A stretch of 64,000 bases of DNA from Octopus sinensis (Eukaryota): contig NC_043006.1 of NCBI RefSeq assembly GCF_006345805.1, positions 19,096,001-19,160,000 on the forward strand, given 5' to 3'. Below the pieces are notes generated by a model. The model saw nothing but the letters and a program-made list of their open reading frames with translations, was not told the DNA's origin and ran no database searches. The stretch's first letter is position 1; each line of letters opens with the position of its first letter. Of this stretch, positions 12,238 through 26,370 are shown one piece after another. The position numbers and the translations under genes were made by a program.

Positions 12238-13475
12238 CTAGCATTATGACCCGTCGTTGCCGGGTCATAGTGCTAGTGCATGTATATATGCTAGTGCAAT
12301 TGTATCTTGTCCTCCCTCTTGTATAGAAGTGTGGCTACAATCCAGCCTATCTCTACTTCTGGGGGGACATTTTTAATTTTTATCCGTGACGTCCTACGTC
12401 CTAGATATAAAGGTAAAAATAAAATATTTCCACTTTACAAAGTTCGAGTCGAGTACTCCCTTGCACGCTCCGTCGACTCGAACCTTGCTTCTATTGTGGC
12501 GAATTTACCGCCTCTAGTTAGATATCTTTCATAGTCGCACCAAGACCCTTTTCGATGGTGCTTTCCTCCAGGTGTTCAAATCTTTTTATTTTCTCTACAT
12601 TGTATACGTTATAGACAATAGTCTTTTCTTAAATTTAATTTTTTTATTTCGTTTGGTGGTGTTATCCTAGATTCACCGGCTTTGTCGGTGATCAATCCGA
12701 AATAGGTTTGTATTTTTTAAATTTTAATGAGTTCGCGCCCGCCGACGGCTGCAGCGAAATTCATTTTTGGACTTTCTTTATCGAAGGCATTCTAACAAAA
12801 ATGCTTCCGTATAAACGGTGAAAATATTGTCAATATCCCCAAACAGGGACACAATTCAATTTTTAAACAATAACCAAAGCTCCTTCTCCCAAAGGGGGAG
12901 TGTTACAGTTTACAATTATTTAACAAATGCAACACAACAACGTTTCCCTTACGAGGAACCAACAAACGTGATAACAATAGTTAAACAGTAATAATAATAA
13001 CAACAAACCTTACGGTGAATGAAAAAGCAGTACGCAGTTGATTTAATTTAATTTATTCCCATTCGTGTAAAACCACTTATTCAAGTTCAAGTCATTGATG
13101 CAATTTCATACCAATTGCTATTTTTACTTTTGTTATGTTACGATCATATTATACTTTAGTTTGATTTTAATTATTACTTACTACATATAATTCAATTGTT
13201 ATTATTATCTCTAATTTTTATTGTTACAGTGAAAGTATCTGACATAAAATAGAGAAATGTTTTTGTTTCACTTTTAACACGTAATACTGAAAAAGTGGAG
13301 AAGATATGATATTGCTATGGGCTCGCCCTAGGCAAGAAGTTGAACATTTCTTTGACCATGAAACTACATGGACCCTAAGTAAGCATGTGTAAAATTTGAA
13401 TGAAATTGGTTGTGTAGTCCAATTTTTAGGGAAACCACAGACTCAGACAGACCACTTTCTCAGTTCTATATATTA
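12238..13475 (-). mobile_element. Non-autonomous Helitron, family H1 copy 1
   Basis: 3' CTAG at 12238-12241 followed on the minus strand by T; perfect 9-bp hairpin TATGACCCG/CGGGTCATA (12245-12269); homologous to 15627-16822. Confidence 0.8.
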
Positions 13476-13477
13476 TA

Positions 13478-14320
13478 CTAGCAGAATTGCCCGGCGTTGC
13501 TCGGGGCTGAATTGCTTGAAAGTACTGTTAATGATTGCACTGATTATGATGATTATTCAGGCAAATATTGATATAAGTTTACGGTGGGAGATAAGGACTT
13601 AACGATCAAACGTGTGCCATTGCATTGTTTTGGGGGAACCAAATTTCTGATGAGCATTATAGGGGCACCAACTTTAAGTTTGAGAAAGTGTGGTGGTAGT
13701 CCGGGATGCTCAAAGGAATTGAGTACCTCTATTGGATATTTGATGACGTCCTCTGGGTCGGGAGTTGTATCGATAGACTGATATACATAGACTTCCCCAG
13801 GAATGAGTTTTAGCATTTCATCATTAATATGGTGAACAGTTTTATTCCTCGGGGCCAGTATAGCCTTTTGCCAATCCAATCCTATTCTGATAATTAGCTT
13901 GTAGATCTGGGAACACTGCATCTCTGAGATCAGAAGGCGTCTTAACAATGGTACAAATGGAATCGATGGCAATATTACCATTTCATCCCCTGGTATTTTG
14001 CCTTCGCCAAGTGCAAGGAGGGTGTGAGGAAATGCTGCTGATGTGATATTACGTCGCATATGAGCACGCATATTGGTGTGAAGTTTGAGAGTTACTTCTC
14101 CCTTTATTAAAAAAATATGCATTAAAATGGAAAAAAATGATGGTAAATTATTTGTAAAATCATAGACTCATCGTAGACGCGCGCTAATACCCAGAAGGGC
14201 TCGATATGAATCATGACTATAAGATACCCGGTTTTGGTTAAACTGCATCGCAAAATGTGGGAGTAGTTAGGAATCTAAATCGGAGTAGACAGACACACAA
14301 CCTTTCTTTTATATATAAAT
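13478..14320 (-). mobile_element. Helitron derivative carrying a PIF1-like helicase fragment
   Basis: ORF 13553-14122: ILAPRNKTVHHINDEML...NSFEHPGLPPHFLKLKVGAPIMLIRNL..CNGTRL (Helitron RepHel helicase C-terminal motifs); 3' hairpin plus CTAG at 13478-13481. Confidence 0.9.
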
Positions 14321-15150
14321 ATTTTCGTCCTAAAATACTTTGTATGGATTGAATGGTTACCTCTATGGAAATATATACACGCGTATTATACATACATGTG
14401 TGTATAGATGAATATATAAATACATTTAAATATCTATATACACTTTTGGGCGATCTTTGTGCTACTTAGAGATAACTTTAGATCTTATTTTCGTCCTAAA
14501 AAACTTTGTGCGGAGTGAATGGTTACGTGTATGGAAATATATACACACACATTATACATACATCTGTGTATAGATGAATATATAAATACATTTAAATATC
14601 TATATACACTTTTGGGCGATCTTTCTGCTACTTGTATATATTTTAGATCTTATATTCGTCCTAAAAAACTTTGTATGGAGTGAAAGGTTACCTCTATGGA
14701 AATATATACACACACATTATACATACATCTGTGTATAGATGAATATATAAATACATTTAAATATCTATATACACTTTTGGGCGATCTTTCTGCTACTTGG
14801 ATATAGGTCTTATATTCGTCCTAAAAAACTTTGTATGGAGTGAAAGGTTACCTCTATGGAAATATATACACACACATTATACATACATTTCTGTATAGAT
14901 GAATATATAAATACATTTAAATATCTATATACACTTTTGGGCGATCTTTCTGCTACTTGGATATAGGTCTTATATTCGTCCTAAAAAACTTTGTATGGAG
15001 TGAAAGGTAACCTCTATGGAAATATATACACACACATTATACATACATCTGTGTATAGATGAATATATAAATACATTTAAATATCTATATACACTTTCGG
15101 GCGATCTTTCTGCTACTTGGATATAGGTCTTATATTCGTCCTAAAAACTT
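14321..15150. repeat. Tandem satellite, ~160-166 bp unit, 5 units plus a partial
   Basis: Unit starts at 14321, 14487, 14652, 14812, 14972, 15132. Confidence 0.95.
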
Positions 15151-15626
15151 TCCTGTCACACAGTCACGCATACACACACACACACACACCCTCACACACA
15201 CACACACACACGCACACACACTCACACACATGCACACACACACGTTAGCTTACAATTTTATTTATATATTTGCGTGTCTATGTGTGTAAAGCGGAAGTGG
15301 GAATGTAGAGTGAAATAGTCACTCACTACAGAAAGTGTATTAGTTTCACTTTATTCGTTGCACACTGTGTGTGTGCGTTTGCGTGTGCTGTATCCCACAC
15401 TAAGAGAAGCATTTGACTCATACACCACAATGTGAGTTTTCTCTAAATTTTGCTTAATTGGGGTTGAAATTTTAAAAAGTGGACCTGTCACGACCCGATG
15501 CATTCTACTCTTAAAAATGCTAGGTAAATTGTAATTGAAGAAATCCTATATTGTAGATTTCTATAAGATACAAAGGGAGGCAGATAAAATCTGCCTTTTA
15601 TAATAAGATATATATATATATATATA

Positions 15627-16822
15627 CTAGCATTAAAGACCCGTCGTTGCCGGGTCATAGTGCTAGTGCATGTATATATGTGTATATATATATGTGTACA
15701 TATTACGTGTACATCTATATATATATATACATCTACACATAAAATACAAAATACAAAGTTATATCTTGATATCGCTAGTGATAACAATACTCAAAATATA
15801 TAACAGACTGGAATTGTTAACCCGTCTCTTGTAATTTCGATCAATTGTATCTTGTCCTCCCTCTTGTATAGAAGTGTGGCTACAATCCAGCCTACCTCTA
15901 CTCCTGGGGGGGGGAGAGATTTTAAATTTTTTCCGGGGCGTCCTATGCCCCAGATATAAAGGTAAAAATAAAATATTTCTACTTTGCAAGTTCGAGTCGA
16001 GTACTACCTTGCACGCTCCGTTGACTCGAACCTTGCTTCTATTGTGGCAAATTTACCGCCTCTGATTAGATACCTTTCATATAGTCGCACAAAGACACTT
16101 TTCGAAGGTGCTTTCCTCCATGTGTTCAAATCTTCTTTTTTCTCTACATTGTATACTTTATAGACAAATAGTCTTTTCTTTAATTTAATTTTCTATTATC
16201 CATCTGGACTATTCCATTTCTGCACGCTAATTTCATTTTTAATTTATTCCCATTCGTGTGAAACCACTTATTCAAGTTCAAGTCATTGATGCAATTTATA
16301 CCAATGGCTATTTTTACTTTTGTTATATTACGATTATATTAAACTTTAGTTTGATTTTAATTATTACTTACTACATATAATTCAATTGTTATTATTATCT
16401 CTAATTTTTATTGTTACACTGAAAGTATCTGACATAAAAATAGAGAAACATTTTTGTTTCACTTTTAACACGTAATACTGAAATAGTGGAGAAGATATGA
16501 TATTGCTATGGGCTCGCTCTAGGCAAGAAGTTGAACATTTTTTTGACCATGAAACTACATGGACCCTAAGTAAGGCATGTGTAAAATTTGAATGAAGTTG
16601 GTTGTGTATTTCTCAAGTTTTAGGGAATCGTAGTGGAGAAGATATCATATTGCTGTGGGCTCGCCCTAGGCAAAAAGTTAAAATTTTTGCCGATGACACT
16701 CCCCGGTCCCTAAGTAAGGCATGTGTAAAACTTGAATGAACTTGGTTGTGTAGTTCTCAAGTTTTAGGGAAACACACAGACAGACACACACACACACATT
16801 CTCAGTTTTATATATATAAAGA
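15627..16822 (-). mobile_element. Non-autonomous Helitron, family H1 copy 2
   Basis: 3' CTAG at 15627-15630 with hairpin; 5' A|TC terminus at 16822; ~145-bp internal tandem duplication near the 5' end. Confidence 0.8.
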
Positions 16823-16879
16823 TATATATATGTATGTATGTATGTATCTATGTATCTATGTATATTTATGTATATATTT

Positions 16880-17075
16880 GCGTGTCTGTGTTTGTCCTCC
16901 CACCATTGCTTCACAAACGATGTTGGTGTGTTTACGACCCCGAACTTAGCGGTTCGGCAATAGAAACAGATAGAATAAGTATTAAGCTTGCAAAGAATAA
17001 GCCCTGGGGTCGATTTGCTCGACGAAAGGCGGAGTTCCAGCATGGCCGCAGGCAAATGTCTGAAGCAAGTAAAAG
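16880..17075 (+). mobile_element. SINE family A, 3' half
   Basis: TTAGCGGTTCGGCAA...CAGCATGGCCGCAG...AAGTAAAAGA. Confidence 0.8.
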
Positions 17076-17230
17076 AATAAATGAAGATAAACGTATATTA
17101 TGTACACACACAAACACACACAGATATTATATATGTGTGTGTATGTAATATATATATGTATGATATATACAGATATGATATATATATATTATATAATGTC
17201 TGTAGTATATATATATATTATATATATATA

Positions 17231-17261
<31 letters not shown>

Positions 17262-17271
17262 CAAGGATGAG

Positions 17272-17310
<39 letters not shown>

Positions 17311-19659
17311 TACATACTTGCACATATACGAACGCACATACTTATTTGTACTCACACATGCATGCAACCTTTCGTTCAATAGCTATCCTGTTATTTCTAC
17401 TTATATAAAGTCGCTATACAGATATTTCCATCTTTCGATAAAAGTAATCGTTTTATCCTGTGACCTATCAGAGTTACCGATTGAAACTAAAATTTTTTTA
17501 TGATCTTGAAACTTTTAGTTCTGATCTCTTGATATTTCTAAGTTTTCAAATATTGACATTAGAATTGTAATTGACATTGGAATTGAACGAAAGACCAAAA
17601 TATCAGATTACAAACTTAAGCTGTTGTTTAGTCGAACGACAGTTCTGATCGATGAGAACTATATCTAAGTGTATTACAGCTCTTCCTATTTTGCTTTCTT
17701 ATTTTATATTTCAGCATAGTTTATCTCGGACTACAATCTACAATGTGAGATGTGGTTTTAGAGAGAAGTGCTGGTGTTTGTAGCCGGGTGACCAATTATA
17801 TAGAGGTTCCCTCATTACGTCATTAGTTTGTCTGACTAATGTTGGAATTGCTTATGTTGTTGAGTTTAACGGATCATTGTCTCTATAGAACATAAGAGAC
17901 TTCTCTTATGGTTAAAAGGGAAGAGACCATCCAACTTTGTATTCAGAATCGCTGTATCTAAGTCTTCATTATTTAATGCAATATTAAGAAAGGCGGTAGT
18001 ATGTAATTTGCAGGATTTAACCCCACTTTTAGCAAACAATGCTTCAGCGTTAGGGGCTTCTGATCACACCAGACACCCACGGCCGTGTTTGCTCTTTGAC
18101 CAGACCCCCACTCATATGACTCCTAACCATTCAACTAGCAACTTCCATTCTCTTCCTTTCGTGTATCTATCGCATTGTCTTTTCAGTCCGAGGCAGCATT
18201 CCCACATGCCCTATAAACGATATCTCCCTTTTCATTACAGAGGACCGTGACCTTCTGATCCATAATTTATCTATCCCTCACAAAAGCCATCCAGGATCTT
18301 ATAATTCCCCCGGCTGCTGCTGCAACCCCAAATATCGTCACTCTCTACGCAAACCTAATTCCTTCTTCCTTCAAATCTATAATATCACTTGTGTTACAGA
18401 GAAGATTATTTTACTTCATATGATGCGCACTTCATGGCTTAGTATACTTTACGGAAAGCGCCCATGGCCGTTTTAGTGAGTCTCTTTTAGATTCTGGCAC
18501 AGGTTTATTTCTTCCAATTTCCTGCTCGTATCTAGCTGAATCTCTCAAGCTAATATGCCATTTTAACCTAAATTTCAACGCTTTTTTTTATGTGCCATGA
18601 GCAGCAATTTTCTGTAAGTCCACAACTCAAATTGTTTCGTTTTACTTTAGTAACACTGCCTCAATCCCAACACATCTCATACACTAATCATCAAGAACCC
18701 TGTACTTTCCAAACCCCTCTGTTTCAACAAAATTATACACGCTTCATTAAATTTCATTTAAATCAGTAGAATATACGCAGCTACACACTCCCAGAACGTG
18801 CTCACACACTGTTCATCAGGCGTACACAGATACATACAACCTGTGCGTACATGCATGCCTACATAATACAAATATACATATACACACATACATACCTACA
18901 TACATACACACACGCATGCATGCATGCATACATACATACATACATACATACATACATACATACATGAATACATGCATACATACGTACGTACGTACGTACA
19001 ACATACATATATACATGCATTCACACACACATACATGCATACATACATACATACATACATACATACATACATACATACATACATACATACATACACACAT
19101 AGATACATACGCTTGATGAGATCCGAGCTATTGATGTGAAACCAGAAAAATACTAACAAACACATATAATTCCACATATACAGTGACGTAGACCGCCTCT
19201 ACCTGATAGGAAAATAACGCGGCAGAGGCTTAACATTGATCCAAAATGCCTTTGTATGTCGCATCATATCCCTTTGGCAACATCTTTTAATGACCAAGTG
19301 TCGAAGTGCGTCCCTTGACTAAGTTTGCATACATGAGGCTGATAACATCATAAGACTTAGAACGCAGCTCTTTCAGTAACATTTTTTTTTATCTGATAAC
19401 ATAAGATACATGCCTAATGAGGTCGCACGACTCTACCGCAACGTATCATCAGATAAAAGGATGAGCCTATATGAGCAGAAGACTATGCGTGGATATGTTA
19501 GTAGAAAGCACCGAGATGATAGTAACATTGATCATCTCCCACCCCCCAGATACATTGAGTAAAATTAGAAACATATGCATATAGATAAACACGCACAAAC
19601 ATGCAATCACATACACAAATATGCACATGTGTGTGTCTGTGTGTATGTGTGTTTAAATG

Positions 19660-19701
<42 letters not shown>

Positions 19702-19702
19702 C

Positions 19703-19766
<64 letters not shown>

Positions 19767-19954
19767 TATTGGATATAGTTATAATATCTACATGTATGTG
19801 TGTATTTGCATATTCATTGACTTAACTGGCAAAAAATTTTCCTTCACATAGTCTTACAAAAATATTGACGTATGTTTTAGCACGGAACTCGCGTCAATAC
19901 GCTACCTTTATGCCTATAAATAGCTACATCATCTCTCTCTTCACTCCCGCCTCT

Positions 19955-20748
<794 letters not shown>

Positions 20749-21314
20749 TTCACACGCGCACACGTTTCTTCGTAAAAAGGTCTTTATTATGTTCTTTATT
20801 TTCTCCCCTTGGAATTGTTTCTGGTTACGTTCGACCATTTCGTCATTGTTCTTCCAACTCTTTATTCTCAGAAATTATCATCGGTATTTGTTTGGCTATA
20901 AATTTCAGAGTTAATTTTATTTTTTATCAATCATCCTGTGTTTCTTATTATCAACATTATCATCGATCGATTTTATATCTCCTTTGTCTTTTGCTTGAAA
21001 ATACAAGGTTTTCTCCATCTCATTTTCTTGTTTTTAGTATTACTTTCTTCTGTCTTATTCCGTTTGTATATTAATATATGTTTTTAGTATTTGTTTATCA
21101 CACATGAATTTTATATCTATTCTATTGCAATGTTCTATTAGTATCGGCTGGTGGCAACAGCTATTATCACAGACGGGTGCAAGAAATGCTTGACTAATAA
21201 CCGAGACTATTTCAATTAGTCGATAAAGAAATCGCAATCTTGGTAGTTCAAATAATGCAATAGGGAAATATATTCTCATATATAGATTTTCACTGGTGAT
21301 ATATTTCACCCAGT

Positions 21315-21703
21315 GGAGGCGCAATGGCCCAGTGGTTAGGGCAGCGGACTCGCGGTCGTAGGATCGCGGTTTCGATTCCCAGACCGGGCGTTGTGAGTGT
21401 TTATTGAGCGAAAACACCTAAAGCTCCACGAGGCTCCGGCAGGGGATGGTGGTGATCCCTGCTGTACTCTTTCACCACAACTTTCTCTCACTCTTACTTC
21501 CTGTTTCTGCTGTACCTGTATTTCAAAGGGCCTGCCTTGTCACTCTCTGTGTCACGCTGAATATCCCCGAGAACTACGTTAAGGGTGCACGTGTCTGTGG
21601 AGTGCTCAGCCACTTACACGTTAATTTCACGAGCAGGCTGTTCCGTTGATTCGGATCAACCGGAACCCTCATCGTCGTGACCGACGGAGTGCTTCCATAT
21701 TCC
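21315..21703 (+). mobile_element. tRNA-derived SINE family C, full length, 14-bp TSD
   Basis: A box TGGCCCAGTGG, B-box-like GTTTCGATTCC; TSD ATATTTCACCCAGT at 21301-21314 and 21704-21717. May correspond to a described octopus OR-type SINE (not verified). Confidence 0.9.
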
Positions 21704-22148
21704 ATATTTCACCCAGTAATTTATATTGGAATTATACATTTACACCGCGGAGGTGATGGCAACGCATGTCAACTGGTAACATATTTCTCATTTATACTAC
21801 TCATATTGCTTGGTAATGTATCTCTCAGTTATACATTCACAATACAGAGGTGTGGAACCACCTTATCTCGTAGTATATATCACATCTTTTACAGCTAAAT
21901 ATGATAATACACTTGACTTTGTAATATATATTTTATCTGTGCTGCTACAGTGCAGAAGTAAGAATATATGTCGCCTTCAAAGGCATTTCACAACTTGTAA
22001 CTGCAGTGCATTTCTCATATATACAGCCCCGCAAGCTACATTAAGTAGATGATGATACGTATTACCACTCATTTACCTCTCATCTAGTACGGGAGACAAT
22101 CGTCATGGTAAACAATATCCTAAATACTGTGACAAAATTCTACTGATA

Positions 22149-22392
22149 CAGTTCTATATTTAAGAGATGAGGAATTGTGTACAATTTTTACATTCGACGG
22201 ATATTTGTCCTCATTTTGTTTGTTGTTGACACAACGCTTCGGCTGATATACCCTCCAGCCTTCTTCGGGTGTCTTGGGGAAATTTTGAACCTGGGTTCTC
22301 ATTCCTAAGGTATTTTTCGATGTTATTATTATTATCATTATTATTATTGTTGTTGTTGTTGTTCAAGTCACTGCTTGGAATCGAACTCGGAA
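22149..22392 (-). mobile_element. Inverted, 5'-truncated copy of a tRNA-headed hammerhead element (HHR motif 22228-22273)
   Basis: Reverse complement of 22442-22473 plus 23791-23935; HHR GACAC-CCGAAGA-A-GGCUGG..UCAGCC-GAAGC-GU-U-GUGUC. Confidence 0.8.
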
Positions 22393-22395
22393 CTC

Positions 22396-22526
22396 GGGCA
22401 TATGGCGTAGTGGTTAAGAGTGCGGCCTACTAACCCCAAGATTCCGAGTTCGATTCCAAGCAGTGACCTGAACATTAATAATAATAATAATAATAATGAT
22501 AATAAAAATAATAATAATAAAAATAA

Positions 22527-22582
<56 letters not shown>

Positions 22583-23935
22583 CCGGGGACGTTTAAGATG
22601 TGAGAACGATAGAACAGTGCTCCGAAATCTATCCATGAACATCGAAAACAAAGACATCGTGTGAGGCCAAAAATTTACTGACAAAGGATTGGACTATACC
22701 CGAGTAAGTAATACTCATTGAAATTTATTACTATTTTGGAAACGAAATGATGTATTTTAACTCGATATCATCTCCACCTGTAACACAACACATGTAAACA
22801 TGCGTGGAACATTACGGCCCATAAAAACCAGATCATCCCCGACCCCAAACACCATGTACAAAAAAACTACGAAGAAATTAAATAGCACCGATATTATTCA
22901 ACCCAAAATAACAATCGCGAAGTACGTACTTTAAACTTACAACATAAATGTACGAAAACTACACGTGCAAAAACAATGTGACAACAGAAATGAACGGACC
23001 GGTACCCTACGAAATGACGACCGTCAAAATAATGGGCCGGGACGTTGTTCCTCATGTCCTGCAAATAAAACCCAAAAGACATAATGGACACGTGAGGAAT
23101 ACATTTCTATCCTACACGCTTACTTTACAGCAGTGATCTACCCAAAGAATGAAAACACAACAACCCATACATATAAAATATGGAAGGAAAATAACATAAA
23201 TATAGACTTCGATACAGCAAGTAACCTTAATAAACTAGCTAACGTACGAAGATACATTCTCAACGCAAAAAGAATATCAGAAATAGAAATAGAACATTTA
23301 CAAGAAAAAATACATCAGGAAAATGTAGATAGAAGCCACACAACAATGCCCAATAATATAAACACTGAAACAGTAAAACACGAAGACAAACGTCACATTT
23401 CCAACAAACACGATGTAATACAAAGACCTGGAAATAGAGGTAAACAGAATGTGGAATCTAAAAGCAGAAATAATTCCTATAATAGTAGGTGCATTAGGCA
23501 TGATAAAAAAATATTCAGACAAATAAATAACAAAAACACCAGGACTTACAAACACATATAACATACAGAAAATTGCACTACTAGGTACTGCACACATCCT
23601 ACACAGAACACTTTCCATACAATAACCATCAGAGCATCACGACAAATCACAGCACATACCCAAGGCACACAGAGCTGCGCTCGGTAGTGAAGTGAAAGCA
23701 CGCTATAAAAATAAAACTACTGAATAATATAATAATAAAATAATATAATAATAATACAATAATAATAATAATAATAATAATAGTAATTAATAACATCGAA
23801 AAATACCTTAGGAATGAAACAGGCTCGAGCTCGAAATTTCCCCAAGACACCTGAAGAAGGCTGGAGCGTATATCAGCTGAAACGTGTTAACAAACAATAT
23901 GAGGACAAATATCCGTCGAATGTAAATAATGTAAA
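22396..23935 (+). mobile_element. tRNA-headed hammerhead element split by an R4/Dong insertion in its (AAT)n linker (HHR motif 23846-23888)
   Basis: A box TGGCGTAGTGG, B box GAGTTCGATTCC, (AAT)n, then GACAC-CUGAAGA-A-GGCUGG..UCAGCU-GAAAC-GU. Confidence 0.75.
22581..23723 (+). mobile_element. R4/Dong-like non-LTR element with the RT deleted, inserted in (TAA)n
   Basis: N-terminal WTREEYISILHAYF...KLANVRRYILNAKRISEIEIE joined near 23420 to the RLE C-terminus KDLEIEVNRMWNLKAEIIPIIVGALGMI...IQKIALLGTAHILHRTLSIQ*; (AAT)n on both flanks. Confidence 0.85.
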
Positions 23936-23944
23936 TAAAATTCT

Positions 23945-24390
23945 ACCACTTGACGAAGAGAGCACCCAGCGATTATCTAAGCCAAGCTGAGATTTTGGTT
24001 GACCTCGGAGTAGTTTGTGGAGTGATCATGGTATCTTCCTGGCCTCAAAGATAAAATTGTACCAAGCAGTAGTGCTTACCACTCTCGTATGTGGTTGTGA
24101 AACATAAACACTACGTGCCCATGTGAAATGGCTCGGCTCATTCCATCATCACTACCTTCGTCCAATTTGCAACATCAAATGGCAGAAAAACATTCCTCAG
24201 CACAAATGTTCTTGAAACATTGCGATATTCTGGACACAGGGAGTTACCTTGCCGAAGTACAAATGAGATGGGTTGTTCATGTGGTACGCCTGGAGGACAC
24301 TAAAACTCTCTTTAATGGTCAGCATAACTCCTGTGTTAGGCAGCAAGGATGCTCTGCACTCATTTATAAGGAAACTCTAAAGATCTGATT
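23945..24390 (+). mobile_element. RTE/BovB-type LINE fragment
   Basis: LWSDHGIFLASKIKLYQAVVLTTLVCGCET...FHHHYLRPICNIKWQ, matching the RTE post-RT region. Confidence 0.75.
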
Positions 24391-25129
24391 GACAAGTTAC
24401 AAGGTAAGTTTGAATAGCGCTTGGTGGAAAAGCTCATGCTACCATACTATCTCTGGATTTGAGGCATCCACCGTTTCTATTTGTCTCTATCTCCCTCTAT
24501 CTCCGTTTCTTGCTCACACGTGACCATCGTCCATCATTCTCTTCCTCACCTGTTCATCTTTCTTTTCTTTCAATATGTCGTAAGGACAGCACGTATCCTA
24601 TCTCTCTCTTTTATCTTTTCTTTTGCCAAAGAAAGATATTTCTCCAGCGTTCACTATTTTAACATCGTTCAAGTCTAACAATCTTCCATGTTTGTTTTCG
24701 TTCGATTTCCTTGTATACCTCCACTGCCCTGTTTTTGTTCCCAACTTTGACCTTCCATAAATTCAAAATTTTAATTTGGTATTTATGGGGACAACTGTTT
24801 TCGTAGATTCATATTGTCGTTCAATGCTCGAAATGAGGAGTAGATAGACCGCAGACGACTGATGAAGGAGCGTTCTTTATAGTCCTGTTTTCCATTTATT
24901 TCTCTTGTTGTTTGCGTATTTAACTCATTTACTTCGTATCTCATGTTGTTTACTGTTAGTGACGTCCTGTACCCATACATGCAAGTATAATATATTATAT
25001 ATATATATAATATATATATATATATATGTTATATATATATATATACAATCCTTTGTTAGGGGTCTACTTCTAGCATAATGGATGTCCAATTAGTGGTCAT
25101 CCCTCTTATATGTATACATATGTGCATCT

Positions 25130-25792
25130 TTTTTATCTAGTTCCAGCTCACAAGATGTGGCCATGCTGGGGCACCGCCATTTGGTGTTGCTACATGATTT
25201 TACTCCACGAATGCTTTTTAGCAATTGCCATTTGGTGCATGAGAGAGTTTGCTGCAGCTGCCCTCATCTGCACCTCCTGCCGTGAAGTTGGTTCATCTGG
25301 GACACCTGACAAGAAGAGATCCAGTTTTATTTTAAAGACATCTGCATCCACCCCATGCAGGTCTCTTAGGTTCTTCGGGAGGATATTGAAGAGCTGTGGG
25401 CCTCGGAAGCCCAGGCTATCACAGTATCTTGTCCTACATCTTGATGGCAAATTTGGAGTCCTTGGCACTATGCAGTGGCGCCCAGTACTAGCATTTGTGT
25501 AACTCTCGATGCCAAAGTTTGGGACAAGTCCTTCCAGGATCTTCCAGATCTATATTATGGCATATCTTTCTCGCCTACGCTCTAAGGAATAGAGTCTCAA
25601 TCTCTTGAGTCTTTCCCAATAGCTTATATGCTGCACAGAGGCTATCTTCTTCGTGTAGTTTCATGGATCGCCTCAAGTTCTGTGATTAACTTGACACTGG
25701 ATGGTGACCATAGCTGAGAGCAATAGTCAAAGTGGCTTAGGACAAGTGTCCTTCAGAGGACCATCATGGTTCCTGGTCTCTTGTTTAAAGGT
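25130..25792 (-). mobile_element. Second 5'-truncated copy of the CR1/L2-type LINE
   Basis: Reverse complement of ~9355-10000 (MPRTPNLPSRCRTRYCDSLGFRGPQLFNILPKNLRDL). Confidence 0.9.
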
Positions 25793-26147
25793 TCTATATA
25801 TATATTATTTATATATATATGCACATATAATATATATAATATATATAATATATATATATATATATAGATATATATATATATATATATATACACATGTAGT
25901 TATGTCGGTGGCATAGTGAATGGACGAGATGCATTACTTCGATTGAATATTTAGGTTCCTAATTTCAATACAGTCTTATACAGGCGGTAGTATGTACATT
26001 AAAGGAAATATTTCTGCTCATGGCGGACAAAATATTAGTGTTTACATCGAAGAAATTGTTAATAGTGCAGATATATTTTTATTGTTATATTTAGCTATAA
26101 CCTATATATGGAGATAAATATTCTCTCTACATATATCTATGTCGTTT

Positions 26148-26293
26148 TGAGGCACAGTCGTGGATGTCTTGTAACAAGCTCGCTTCCCAACCACATGATT
26201 TCGGGTTCAGTCCCAATGCCTGACACCTTGGGCAAGTGTCTTCTACTATATAGCTTGTGTATCTGATAGAGAGAAACTGAAAGGAGCCTGTCG

Positions 26294-26338
<45 letters not shown>

Positions 26339-26370
26339 TGTGTGTGTGTGTGTGTGTGTGTGTTTGTGCG
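26148..26370 (+). mobile_element. Degenerate SINE A 5' half
   Basis: GGGTTCAGTCCC...CTTGGGCAAGTGTCTTCTACTATAGC. Confidence 0.7.

Noticed and set aside
18050-18800. Purine-rich minus-strand stretch resembling a decayed retroelement pol
   Set aside because: No diagnostic motif could be recovered by eye.
19410-19452. Hammerhead-like CTAATGA-GGT...ACC-GCAAC-GTA
   Set aside because: Two non-compensatory core changes and no convincing helix I; at best a dead relic.
22396-22473. tRNA-like heads as true tRNA genes (also 21315, 56157, 58982)
   Set aside because: A/B boxes are present but there is no complete cloverleaf, and they are fused to repeat bodies.
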